Below are positions 1 to 10,236 of a DNA stretch of 32,000 nucleotides, piece by piece. The translations under genes and the position numbers were made by a program. Under the pieces are notes generated by a model. The model was not told the DNA's origin. It did not search any database and worked only from the letters and a program-made list of their open reading frames with translations. Every line of letters begins with the position of its first letter. The stretch's first letter is position 1. Source of the DNA: Pseudomonas aeruginosa (GTDB lineage Bacteria > Pseudomonadota > Gammaproteobacteria > Pseudomonadales > Pseudomonadaceae); contig NZ_LN831024.1 of the NCBI RefSeq assembly GCF_001457615.1, forward strand, positions 4,590,001 to 4,622,000, read 5' to 3'.

Positions 1-394
1 GCCACCAGGCGAGCACCAGCAACTGCACGAAGAAGCCGGCAAAACGCAGCCAGACGAACAGCGCGGAGGTGCTGACCAGGTGCATCAGCGACTGGAACAG
101 CCGGGCGCCGAGCACCAGCGGCGCCAACGGGTCGGTCAGGCTGCTCTGCCCGCTGGCGATCGCGTAGAGCAGCGCGCCGGCCAGCAGCGGCAGGTTCTCC
201 ACGCAGTTGGCATGGACTCGCACCAGCCGCTGGCCGAAACCGCCAGGCGTGTTGCTGCCATCGGCGGCGAAGGCGTTCACCGCCATCCGCCCGCCGAGTA
301 CCAGCAGGCCGCGCTGGCTGACCAGCAGGAAGACCAGCAACAGGGTCCAGGCGATCAGGCCGAGCAGGCAGATCGCGCTAGGGCTGAGAAACAT
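1..394 (-). CDS. MAPEG-family membrane protein, partial (C-terminus outside window)
   Basis: Absent from the supplied ORF track. Reverse-strand translation from ATG at 394 is open to the window edge: MFLSPSAICLLGLIAWTLLLVFLLVSQRGLLVLGGRMAVNAFAADGSN...RLVRVHANCVENLPLLAGALLYAIA...GARLFQSLMHLVSTSALFVWLRFAGFFVQLLVLAWW. Multi-TM with the MAPEG-like RxxRVHANCVEN motif. Confidence 0.85.
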   Translation of the reverse strand, partial: MFLSPSAICLLGLIAWTLLLVFLLVSQRGLLVLGGRMAVNAFAADGSNTPGGFGQRLVRVHANCVENLPLLAGALLYAIASGQSSLTDPLAPLVLGARLFQSLMHLVSTSALFVWLRFAGFFVQLLVLAWW

Positions 395-590
395 GGATGA
401 CGCTCCTTCTATTGTGTTGTCGTGGGAAGGATGAAGCGTCTGGATTCTAGGCCGGCTAGAGCAATTGCTCTATTCGCAGTCCGCCGTCCTTAAGTCGTGT
501 TCTGCCGGCACGCCGCTCGGCCCCGATGTACGCCGTCGGCGGATGCGTAACCGGACGACCCACTGCCCGCGGCCTTCCGAACGGACAAAG

Positions 591-615
591 AAAAGCCCCG
601 CCGAAGCGGGGCCTT
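591..615 (-). terminator. Rho-independent terminator downstream of trxB
   Basis: Stem GCCCCGC (595-601) / GCGGGGC (606-612), CGAA loop; on the minus strand followed by TTTTCTTT. Confidence 0.8.
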
Positions 616-647
616 CCTTGCACGCAGCACTCAGGGCTGTCTTCTCA

Positions 648-1619
<972 letters not shown>

Positions 1620-1731
1620 TCAGCGTCGGCGCGAATAAAAACGGGGCCACCAAAGCACATGGGGAAGGCTTGGAAGGAGCGGTCGCCCCGGGAAAAGGTC
1701 GGCCGGGCACACTTCGCGCCCGGCATCGGGA

Positions 1732-2331
1732 TCACAGTGCCTCGGCGTTCTCGGCCAGGTACGAGGCCACGCCCTCGGCGCTCGCCTTCATGCCTTTCTG
1801 GCCCTTGCGCCAGCCGGCCGGGCAGACCTCGCCGTGTTCCTCGGTGAACTGCAGGGCCTCGACCAGGCGCACCATCTCGTCCACCTCGCGCCCCAGCGGC
1901 AGGTTGTTCACCACTTGGTGCTGGACCACCCCGGCGCGGTCGATCAGGAACGAAGCACGCAAGGCCACGCCGTCCTCGTGCTCGATGCCGTAGGCGCGGG
2001 TGATCTCGTGCTTGACGTCGGCGACCATGGTGAACTCGACCGCACCGATGCCGCCCTTCTCCACCGGCGTGCTGCGCCAGGCGTGATGGGTGAACTGCGA
2101 GTCGATGGAGACACCGACCACCTCGACGCCCAGCTCGCGGAACTTATCCATGCGGTTATTGTGGGCGATGATTTCCGAGGGGCAGACGAAAGTGAAGTCG
2201 AGCGGCCAGAAGAACAGTACGACGTACTTGCCGCGCAGGCTGGAAAGCTGGAAGGCATCGACGATGGAACCGTCGCCGAGGACCGCGGCGGCAGTGAAAT
2301 CGGGGGCTTGCTTGTTGACCAGTACGCTCAT
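1732..2331 (-). CDS. 2-Cys peroxiredoxin (AhpC/Prx family)
   Basis: 199 aa from MSVLVNKQAPDFTAAAVLGDGS; DFTFVCPSEI peroxidatic Cys and HGEVCPAGW resolving Cys motifs. The track start at 2439 is upstream; the natural start is likely ATG at 2331. Confidence 0.95.
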   Translation of the reverse strand: MSVLVNKQAPDFTAAAVLGDGSIVDAFQLSSLRGKYVVLFFWPLDFTFVCPSEIIAHNNRMDKFRELGVEVVGVSIDSQFTHHAWRSTPVEKGGIGAVEFTMVADVKHEITRAYGIEHEDGVALRASFLIDRAGVVQHQVVNNLPLGREVDEMVRLVEALQFTEEHGEVCPAGWRKGQKGMKASAEGVASYLAENAEAL

Positions 2332-2515
2332 CGCGAGGCTCCTAGAAGGTTGGGTTGCGCCCGGCGACGCCAGGCTCCCGGAAGAATATGCAGCGCAGGT
2401 TACCCAGCCACGACGATGCATTGAAATGTCGAATTTCAATTCGCACGATAGAGTCAGCCTATGCTCTCAACCTGCGGCTAGACTCATGCTGTCGCCCATT
2501 ACCCGTCCTCACCGC

Positions 2516-4471
2516 ATGCCCCTACGCACACGCCTGCTCTGGCTATTCCTGCCGTTGCTGGCCGCCAGTCTCGGCGGTATCTGGCTCTTGTCGGAAAGCA
2601 TCCTGCTGAGCCGTTTCGACCGAGAGGACCAGCAACGCCTGCAAGAGGGCGCCACCGTCCTGCACAACCGGCTGGACTTCGAGTTGAAGCGCCACCTGGA
2701 CATCGTTCGCACCTACGCCTGGTGGGATGCCAGCTACGACTTCATCCAGCGCCCCAACGAGACCTTCGAACAGGAAAACCTCGACCACGAGATGCTCGAC
2801 GACCTGGGATTCGACTTCGTCCTGTTCCTCGACGACCGGGGTCACCTGCAACTGAAGCAGTGGTCCCCGCCCGCGCCCGACCAGCGCGTGCTCTTCGGCG
2901 CCCCCTCGGCGAGCGACCAGGCCCTGCTCGAGGCACTGCAGCAACGCGCCATCCGCCTCGGCGCGCTGGACTTTCGCGGACGCACCGACCACAGCCTGAG
3001 CGAGCTGCTGCTGGTCGACAACCTGCCGACCCTGCTGGTCAGCGTGCCTATCAGCAACAACCAGGGTAGCGCGCCGGCGAAGGGCGCGATCCTCGCCGGC
3101 TACTTCCTCGACCGGGAACGCCTGGCCAACCTCCGCGAACAGATGCAGGCCGACCTGCAACCGATGCCCAACATCGCCACCGACTCCACCTGGAAGCCGA
3201 TGCGCAGCCGCAGCGGCAGTACCCACAACCAGGCCCTGCTCAGCCCACGGCGGTTCATCGGCGAACATGTCCAGCAGGTCTCGGTGCAGTACCTGAGTTC
3301 CAGCGGCGAGCCGCAGCTGCGCTTCGACATCACCAAGAAACGCCTGCTCTACATCCAGGGCGAGAAGGCCATCAACTTCTTCCTCGGCGCCTCCCTGCTG
3401 GTCGCGCTGGGCGCTTTCCTGGTCGGCTACCTGGCCCTGGAGCTGTGGGTCCTGCGCCGGGTCCAACGGCTCAACCGGGAGGTCGCCGAAGTCGGACGCA
3501 ACGCCCACTCGATACGCCTGAGCGACTTCGGCAACGACGAGCTGGGACAACTGGCGGGCGAGATGAACCAGATGCTCGAGCGCCTGGAACACAGCGAGGC
3601 GCGCGACCGGGCGATCCTCCAGTCGATGCGCGACGGCTACTTCGAAATGGACGTCGACGGCGTGATCCTCACCGTCAACCCCGCGCTCTGCCAACTGCTC
3701 GGCCAGACGCGCGAAACGCTGATCGGCCATCCCTACTACGAACTGCTCGGCGAAGACGACCTGGCGCGTGCCCGCCAACCCTTCCAGCGCGCCATGCAGA
3801 GCGGCGCAGGCAAGACCTTCGCCATCCCCCTGCAGCGCGCCGACGGCAGCCTCGGCTACTTCGAGGCCACGGTTTCGCTGATCCACGACCTGCAGGGCGA
3901 ACTACGGGGCTACCGCGGCATCGTCCGCGACGTCAGCGACCAGATCGCCTACCAGCAGCAATTGCTGGAAATGGCCTACCGCGACCCGCTGACCGGCCTG
4001 GGCAACCGCAAGGCCTTCGACGAACAGCTCGGCCAGGCGTTGCTTCGCGCCGGCTCCGGCGGAAGCGAACTGGCGCTGCTGTACCTGGACCTGGACCGCT
4101 TCAAGGAGGTCAACGACCGCTTCGGCCACGACATCGGCGATGCCCTCCTCAGGACCGTCGCCGAACGGGTACGCAGCACCCTGCGGCAGCCGGACAAGGC
4201 CTACCGCCTGGGCGGCGACGAATTCGCCGTGCTCCTCGAGGACAGCCAGGAAAACAATCCGCAGCGCCTCGCAGAACGCCTGCTGGCGGCGCTGGTCCAA
4301 CCGATCGCGCTGAATGGCGAACGCATCGACTTCGTCACCCCGAGCATCGGCATCGCTCTCTACCCGCGGCATGCCGGCGATGCCGAAGGACTGGTCCGTG
4401 CCGCCGACAGCGCCATGTACGAGGCCAAGCGCCAGCGCAACCACTATTGCCTGTACCAGGCGCCAGCCTGA
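2516..4471 (+). CDS. Membrane diguanylate cyclase, CHASE4-like periplasmic sensor + HAMP/PAS + GGDEF
   Basis: MPLRTRLLWLFLPLLAASLGGIWLL N-terminal TM; periplasmic region with CHASE4-like HLDIVRTYAWWDASYDFI; second TM; PAS; YRDPLTGLGNRKAF...LDLDRFKEVNDRFGHDIGD...YRLGGDEF. In-frame alternative start at 2486. Confidence 0.93.
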   Translation: MPLRTRLLWLFLPLLAASLGGIWLLSESILLSRFDREDQQRLQEGATVLHNRLDFELKRHLDIVRTYAWWDASYDFIQRPNETFEQENLDHEMLDDLGFDFVLFLDDRGHLQLKQWSPPAPDQRVLFGAPSASDQALLEALQQRAIRLGALDFRGRTDHSLSELLLVDNLPTLLVSVPISNNQGSAPAKGAILAGYFLDRERLANLREQMQADLQPMPNIATDSTWKPMRSRSGSTHNQALLSPRRFIGEHVQQVSVQYLSSSGEPQLRFDITKKRLLYIQGEKAINFFLGASLLVALGAFLVGYLALELWVLRRVQRLNREVAEVGRNAHSIRLSDFGNDELGQLAGEMNQMLERLEHSEARDRAILQSMRDGYFEMDVDGVILTVNPALCQLLGQTRETLIGHPYYELLGEDDLARARQPFQRAMQSGAGKTFAIPLQRADGSLGYFEATVSLIHDLQGELRGYRGIVRDVSDQIAYQQQLLEMAYRDPLTGLGNRKAFDEQLGQALLRAGSGGSELALLYLDLDRFKEVNDRFGHDIGDALLRTVAERVRSTLRQPDKAYRLGGDEFAVLLEDSQENNPQRLAERLLAALVQPIALNGERIDFVTPSIGIALYPRHAGDAEGLVRAADSAMYEAKRQRNHYCLYQAPA

Positions 4472-4555
4472 AATGCGCGGTCAAACAGGCTCTGTCGCGG
4501 GCTTTCGCCAGTCTGCTAAGGTTTCAGCCCGCATCCCATCGGAGAACCATTCCCT

Positions 4556-5296
4556 ATGCCAGCCCTGAGCGGCCCGCAATACCTCGGCGAAGGCCTGAAG
4601 CTGATCATGCGTCCCGGCCTGCGCCTGTTCGTGCTGATCCCCCTGACCCTCAACCTGCTGGTGTTCGCCCTGCTGATCGGCTTCGCGATGCAGCAGTTCA
4701 GCCACTGGGTCGACCTGCTGATGCCCAGCCTGCCCGACTGGCTGAGCTTCCTGCAGTACATCGTCTGGCCGTTGTTCGTCCTGCTGGTGCTGGTGATCGT
4801 GTTCTTCACCTTCACCATGGTCGCCAACATCATCTCCGCGCCGTTCAACGGCTTCCTCTCGGAAAAGGTCGAGGTGGTGGTTCGCGGCCGCGACGACTTC
4901 CCGCCGTTCAGCTGGGCCGAACTGCTGGCGATGATCCCGCGCACCATGGGTCGCGAGATGCGCAAGCTCGCCTACTTCCTGCCGCGCGCGCTGGTGCTGC
5001 TGGTGCTGAGCTTCGTGCCCGGGGTCAACCTGATCGCCACGCCGCTGTGGATCCTCTTCGGCATCTGGATGATGGCGGTGCAGTACATCGACTATCCGGC
5101 GGACAACCACAAGCTCGGCTGGAACGAGATGCTCGCCTGGCTGCGCAGCAAGCGCTGGGCGTGCATGGGTTTCGGCGGGGTGACCTACCTGGCGCTGCTG
5201 ATCCCGCTGGTCAACCTGGTCATGATGCCCGCCGCCGTCGCCGGCGCCACCCTGTTCTGGGTCCGCGAGGAAGGCGAGAAGGCGCTGGTGAAATAA
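4556..5296 (+). CDS. cysZ: CysZ-family sulfate transporter / EI24-like membrane protein
   Basis: 246 aa, multi-TM, ends ...[30 protein letters not shown], typical CysZ. Confidence 0.9.
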   Translation: MPALSGPQYLGEGLKLIMRPGLRLFVLIPLTLNLLVFALLIGFAMQQFSHWVDLLMPSLPDWLSFLQYIVWPLFVLLVLVIVFFTFTMVANIISAPFNGFLSEKVEVVVRGRDDFPPFSWAELLAMIPRTMGREMRKLAYFLPRALVLLVLSFVPGVNLIATPLWILFGIWMMAVQYIDYPADNHKLGWNEMLAWLRSKRWACMGFGGVTYLALLIPLVNLVMMPAAVAGATLFWVREEGEKALVK

Positions 5297-5302
5297 GCAT
5301 GC

Positions 5303-5364
5303 GCCCGGTGTCCGCTGTCGGCATTGTCAGGCGGGCGTCAGCGCCCTGACAGCCGGCGTCGGGC
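5303..5364. repeat. Nested long inverted repeat / hairpin downstream of cysZ
   Basis: Nested arms GCCCG (5303-5307)/CGGGC (5360-5364), CGGC (5319-5322)/GCCG (5352-5355), TGTCAGG (5325-5331)/CCTGACA (5345-5351). Confidence 0.6.
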
Positions 5365-5455
5365 ACACTACGAATGCCCTCGGGAGCGTCGGCGCAGGCC
5401 GCAGCCGAGACCTGCGCCAGCCCTTGCAGACCGGCTCGACGCTGCCGAACCGACT

Positions 5456-5492
5456 GGCCGCCGGTGCTTCCCCACGCAGGCGGCCTTTTTTT
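5456..5492 (+). terminator. Rho-independent terminator
   Basis: GGCCGCC (5456-5462) / GGCGGCC (5479-5485) followed by seven T's. Confidence 0.7.
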
Positions 5493-5673
5493 ACCCCCCT
5501 GCCTTGCCGTCCATGCAGGATGGCCGGCGCTCACCCCCTTCCTGTCCGCTACGCCCCCCTCGACTCCACCACCCTGGCACTACAGTGGCAACCAGGCGAA
5601 GCAGGCTCCGGCCCGCTTTCGATGACCACCGTCCCCAGCCCGCCCAGCGGCGGAAAACAAGAAGAGGGTCGCC

Positions 5674-7686
5674 ATGTCACGTTCCGCATTCACCGCGCTC
5701 TTGCTGTCCTGCGTCCTGCTGGCGCTCTCCATGCCTGCCAGGGCCGACGACCTGCCCTACCGCTTCGGCCTGGGCAAGGCGGACATCACCGGCGAAGCCG
5801 CCGAAGTCGGCATGATGGGTTACTCCTCCCTCGAACAGAAGACCGCCGGCATCCACATGCGCCAGTGGGCGCGTGCCTTCGTGATCGAGGAAGCGGCCAG
5901 CGGACGTCGCCTGGTCTACGTCAACACCGACCTGGGGATGATCTTCCAGGCCGTGCACCTGAAGGTCCTGGCCCGGCTCAAGGCGAAGTACCCCGGTGTC
6001 TACGACGAGAACAACGTGATGCTCGCCGCCACCCACACCCACTCCGGTCCGGGCGGCTTCTCCCACTACGCGATGTACAACCTGTCGGTGCTCGGCTTCC
6101 AGGAAAAGACCTTCAACGCCATCGTCGACGGCATCGTCCGCTCCATCGAGCGGGCCCAGGCCAGGTTGCAGCCCGGCCGCCTGTTCTACGGCAGCGGCGA
6201 GTTGCGCAACGCCAGCCGCAACCGCTCGCTGCTGTCGCACCTGAAGAATCCGGACATCGCCGGCTACGAGGATGGCATCGACCCGCAGATGAGCGTGCTC
6301 AGCTTCGTCGACGCCAACGGCGAGCTGGCCGGCGCGATCAGTTGGTTCCCGGTGCACAGCACCTCGATGACCAACGCCAATCACCTGATCTCCCCGGACA
6401 ACAAGGGCTACGCCTCCTATCACTGGGAGCACGACGTCAGCCGCAAGAGCGGTTTCGTCGCCGCCTTCGCCCAGACCAATGCCGGCAACCTGTCGCCCAA
6501 CCTGAACCTGAAGCCCGGCTCCGGTCCCTTCGACAACGAGTTCGACAACACCCGTGAGATCGGTCTGCGCCAATTCGCCAAGGCCTACGAGATCGCCGGC
6601 CAGGCCCAGGAGGAAGTGCTCGGCGAACTGGATTCGCGCTTCCGTTTCGTCGACTTCACCCGCCTGCCGATCCGCCCGGAGTTCACCGACGGCCAGCCGC
6701 GCCAGTTGTGCACCGCGGCCATCGGCACCAGCCTGGCCGCCGGTAGCACCGAAGACGGTCCAGGCCCGCTGGGGCTGGAGGAAGGCAACAATCCGTTCCT
6801 CTCGGCCCTTGGCGGGTTGCTCACCGGCGTGCCGCCGCAGGAACTGGTGCAATGCCAGGCGGAAAAGACCATCCTCGCCGACACCGGCAACAAGAAACCC
6901 TACCCCTGGACGCCGACGGTGCTGCCGATCCAGATGTTCCGCATCGGCCAGTTGGAACTGCTCGGCGCCCCCGCCGAGTTCACCGTGATGGCCGGGGTGC
7001 GGATCCGCCGCGCGGTGCAGGCGGCCAGCGAAGCGGCCGGTATCCGCCATGTGGTCTTCAATGGCTACGCGAATGCCTATGCCAGCTACGTCACCACCCG
7101 CGAGGAATACGCCGCCCAGGAATACGAAGGCGGCTCGACCCTCTACGGCCCCTGGACCCAGGCCGCCTACCAGCAGTTGTTCGTCGACATGGCGGTGGCG
7201 CTGCGCGAACGCCTGCCGGTGGAAACCTCGGCGATAGCGCCGGACCTGTCCTGCTGCCAGATGAACCTCCAGACCGGAGTAGTGGCCGACGATCCCTATA
7301 TCGGCAAGTCCTTCGGCGACGTGTTGCAACAACCCAGGGAAAGTTATCGCATCGGCGACAAGGTGACCGTCGCTTTCGTGACCGGACATCCGAAGAATGA
7401 CTTACGCACCGAGAAGACTTTCCTGGAAGTGGTGAATATCGGCAAGGATGGCAAACAAACGCCCGTGACCGTTGCCACCGATAATGACTGGGATACTCAA
7501 TACCGCTGGGAGAGAGTGGGTATATCTGCCTCGAAAGCGACTATCAACTGGTCCATTCCACCAGGGACCGAGCCCGGCCATTACTACATCAGGCACTACG
7601 GCAACGCGAAGAACTTCTGGACCCAGAAGATCAGCGAAATCGGCGGTTCGACCCGCTCCTTCGAGGTACTCGGCACCACTCCCTAG
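5674..7686 (+). CDS. cerN: Secreted neutral ceramidase
   Basis: 670 aa with signal peptide MSRSAFTALLLSCVLLALSMPARA-DDLPYRFGLGKADITG; NTDLGMIFQAVH, THTHSGPGGFSHYAMYN, GYAKASYHWEHD-type ceramidase motifs (here NKGYASYHWEHDVSR), GSTLYGPWTQAAYQQLF. Confidence 0.97.
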   Translation: MSRSAFTALLLSCVLLALSMPARADDLPYRFGLGKADITGEAAEVGMMGYSSLEQKTAGIHMRQWARAFVIEEAASGRRLVYVNTDLGMIFQAVHLKVLARLKAKYPGVYDENNVMLAATHTHSGPGGFSHYAMYNLSVLGFQEKTFNAIVDGIVRSIERAQARLQPGRLFYGSGELRNASRNRSLLSHLKNPDIAGYEDGIDPQMSVLSFVDANGELAGAISWFPVHSTSMTNANHLISPDNKGYASYHWEHDVSRKSGFVAAFAQTNAGNLSPNLNLKPGSGPFDNEFDNTREIGLRQFAKAYEIAGQAQEEVLGELDSRFRFVDFTRLPIRPEFTDGQPRQLCTAAIGTSLAAGSTEDGPGPLGLEEGNNPFLSALGGLLTGVPPQELVQCQAEKTILADTGNKKPYPWTPTVLPIQMFRIGQLELLGAPAEFTVMAGVRIRRAVQAASEAAGIRHVVFNGYANAYASYVTTREEYAAQEYEGGSTLYGPWTQAAYQQLFVDMAVALRERLPVETSAIAPDLSCCQMNLQTGVVADDPYIGKSFGDVLQQPRESYRIGDKVTVAFVTGHPKNDLRTEKTFLEVVNIGKDGKQTPVTVATDNDWDTQYRWERVGISASKATINWSIPPGTEPGHYYIRHYGNAKNFWTQKISEIGGSTRSFEVLGTTP

Positions 7687-7753
7687 CGGGCTCCAGCCAA
7701 GGTTGCGAGATTCGCCAGCCAACTTTATGACGCATGAAATTCGTCAAATAAAA

Positions 7754-7769
7754 TGTGATTTAAAACACA
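7754..7769. promoter_or_regulatory. Candidate CRP/Vfr-type site
   Basis: aaaTGTGA-tttaaa-ACACAtg: TGTGA-N6-ACACA, one mismatch from TGTGA-N6-TCACA. Confidence 0.35.
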
Positions 7770-7797
7770 TGAACAAGTGACCTTTCATTCAGCCGAC

Positions 7798-7835
7798 AAG
7801 GGCATGGAACTCCATTTCCATGCCCTTTGTTTTTA
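7798..7835 (+). terminator. Strong Rho-independent terminator of cerN
   Basis: 12-bp perfect stem AAGGGCATGGAA (7798-7809) / TTCCATGCCCTT (7816-7827), then TTGTTTTTA. Confidence 0.85.
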
Positions 7836-7993
7836 TCCCGAAAAACTTCTCAAGTTGTCGCTCAAGGTCATATCGAAGTCGCTTTCGGGATCAACCGATA
7901 AATTATCGCCATGAAACCATCGGCTCGCTGTATTCCCTGCCGGAAAAACAGCGAAGACGATTAATCATCTCGAAACAAGAAGTACGCAGATTG

Positions 7994-8023
7994 ATGGAAA
8001 TCAAAAAACCACCCGGGAAATAA
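7994..8023 (+). CDS. Possible short upstream ORF (MEIKKPPGK) ending 4 nt before plcH
   Basis: ATG GAA ATC AAA AAA CCA CCC GGG AAA TAA, immediately upstream of the plcH ATG at 8028; no strong Shine-Dalgarno for the short ORF itself. Confidence 0.2.
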   Translation: MEIKKPPGK

Positions 8024-8027
8024 AACG

Positions 8028-10219
8028 ATGACCGAAAACTGGAAATTCCGCCGTCGAACCTTTCTCAAGCACGGCGCCCAGGCCGCTACCCTGGCCGGCC
8101 TTTCCGGGCTGTTCCCGGAGACGCTCCGGCGCGCCCTGGCCATCGAGCCGGACATCCGCACCGGAACCATCCAGGACGTCCAGCACGTGGTCATCCTGAT
8201 GCAGGAGAACCGCAGCTTCGATCACTACTTCGGCCACCTCAACGGCGTCCGCGGCTTCAACGATCCTCGCGCGCTCAAGCGCCAGGACGGCAAGCCGGTC
8301 TGGTACCAGAACTACAAGTACGAGTTCTCCCCCTATCACTGGGATACCAAAGTCACCAGCGCCCAGTGGGTGAGTTCGCAGAACCATGAATGGTCGGCCT
8401 TCCACGCGATCTGGAACCAGGGCCGCAACGACAAGTGGATGGCGGTGCAGTACCCCGAAGCCATGGGCTACTTCAAGCGCGGCGACATTCCCTACTACTA
8501 CGCCCTGGCCGACGCCTTCACCCTGTGCGAGGCCTACCACCAGTCGATGATGGGCCCGACCAATCCGAACCGCCTCTACCACATGAGCGGACGCGCCGCC
8601 CCAGCGGCGACGGCAAGGACGTACACATCGGCAACGACATGGGCGACGGCACCATCGGCGCCAGCGGCACGGTGGACTGGACCACCTATCCCGAGCGGCT
8701 AAGCGCCGCTGGCGTGGACTGGCGGGTCTACCAGGAAGGCGGCTACCGCTCCTCGTCACTCTGGTACCTGTACGTCGACGCCTACTGGAAATACCGGCTC
8801 CAGGAGCAGAACAACTACGACTGCAACGCCCTCGCCTGGTTCAGGAACTTCAAGAACGCTCCGCGCGATTCGGACCTCTGGCAGCGCGCCATGCTCGCCC
8901 GCGGCGTCGACCAGTTGCGCAAGGATGTGCAAGAAAACACGCTGCCGCAGGTGTCCTGGATCGTCGCGCCCTACTGCTACTGCGAGCATCCCTGGTGGGG
9001 CCCCTCGTTCGGCGAGTACTACGTGACCCGGGTGCTCGACGCGCTGACCAGCAACCCCGAGGTCTGGGCCAGGACCGTGTTCATCCTCAACTACGACGAG
9101 GGCGACGGCTTCTATGACCACGCCAGCGCCCCGGTGCCGCCGTGGAAGGATGGCGTCGGCCTTTCCACGGTCAGCACCGCCGGCGAGATCGAGGCATCCA
9201 GCGGGCTGCCCATCGGGCTCGGCCACCGCGTCCCGCTGATCGCCATCTCGCCCTGGTCGAAGGGCGGCAAGGTCAGCGCCGAAGTGTTCGACCATACCTC
9301 GGTGCTGCGCTTCCTCGAACGCCGCTTCGGCGTCGTCGAGGAAAACATCTCGCCCTGGCGGCGTGCCGTCTGCGGCGACCTGACTTCGCTGTTCGACTTC
9401 CAGGGCGCAGGCGATACCCAGGTCGCCCCCGACCTGACCAACATCCCGCAGAGCGACGCGCGCAAGGAGGACGCCTACTGGCAGCAGTTCTACCGGCCCA
9501 GTCCCAAATACTGGTCCTACGAGCCCAAGAGCCTGCCCGGCCAGGAAAAGGGCCAGCGCCCTACCCTCGCGGTGCCCTACCAGTTGCACGCCACGCTGGC
9601 CCTCGACATCGCCGCCGGCAAGCTGCGCCTGACCCTGGGCAACGACGGCATGAGCCTGCCGGGCAATCCGCAGGGACACTCCGCTGCGGTATTCCAGGTG
9701 CAGCCGCGGGAAGTCGGCAATCCGCGCTTCTATACCGTGACCAGCTATCCGGTGGTCCAGGAAAGCGGAGAGGAACTGGGCCGGACCCTCAACGACGAAC
9801 TCGACGACCTGCTCGACGCCAACGGCCGCTACGCCTTCGAGGTGCACGGCCCCAACGGCTTCTTCCGCGAGTTCCACGGCAACCTGCATCTCGCCGCGCA
9901 GATGGCGCGGCCCGAGGTATCGGTCACCTATCAACGCAACGGCAACCTGCAGTTGAACATCCGCAATCTCGGCCGCCTGCCGTGCAGCGTGACGGTGACG
10001 CCGAACCCGGCCTATACCCGGGAGGGCAGCCGTCGCTATGAACTCGAACCGAACCAGGCGATCAGTGAAGTGTGGCTGTTACGCAGCAGCCAGGGCTGGT
10101 ACGACCTCAGCGTGACCGCCAGCAATACGGAAGCCAACTATCTCCGCCGCCTGGCCGGACACGTCGAGACCGGCAAGCCGAGCAGGAGCGATCCATTGCT
10201 CGACATCGCAGCGACCTGA
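8028..10219 (+). pseudogene. plcH: Hemolytic phospholipase C, frameshifted (single-nt deletion)
   Basis: Tat signal MTENWKFRRRTFLKHGAQAATLAGLSGLFPETLRRALA and phosphoesterase-family motifs HVVILMQENRSFDHYFG and GPTNPNRLYHMSG in frame 8028..8702. The sequence then continues as SGDGKDVHIGNDMGDGTIGASG...DYDEGDGFYDH...DPLLDIAAT in the +2 frame of ORF 8390..10219. Total span 2192 nt, against 2193 nt for an intact 730-aa PlcH plus stop. Confidence 0.95.
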
Positions 10220-10236
10220 AGCGAGGAGTCCATCGC

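Noticed and set aside
2543-3886. 447-aa reverse ORF and the 3445..5349 634-aa forward ORF over the GGDEF/cysZ region
   Set aside because: Both overlap well-supported GGDEF and CysZ coding frames; Arg/Pro/Gly-rich or Val/Glu/Gln-rich mirror translations without domains.
5677-7389. 570-aa reverse ORF opposite cerN, and 5424..6557 forward alternative frame
   Set aside because: Shadow ORFs of the ceramidase frame; no start/RBS support and biased composition.
8756-10041. Reverse ORF 8756..9934 and forward ORF 9142..10041
   Set aside because: Antisense/alternate-frame shadows of plcH.
8390-10219. 609-aa ORF as an independent gene
   Set aside because: Its first about 90 residues are out-of-frame PlcH translation and the rest is the PlcH C-terminal part. 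It is one half of a frameshifted plcH, not a separate CDS.
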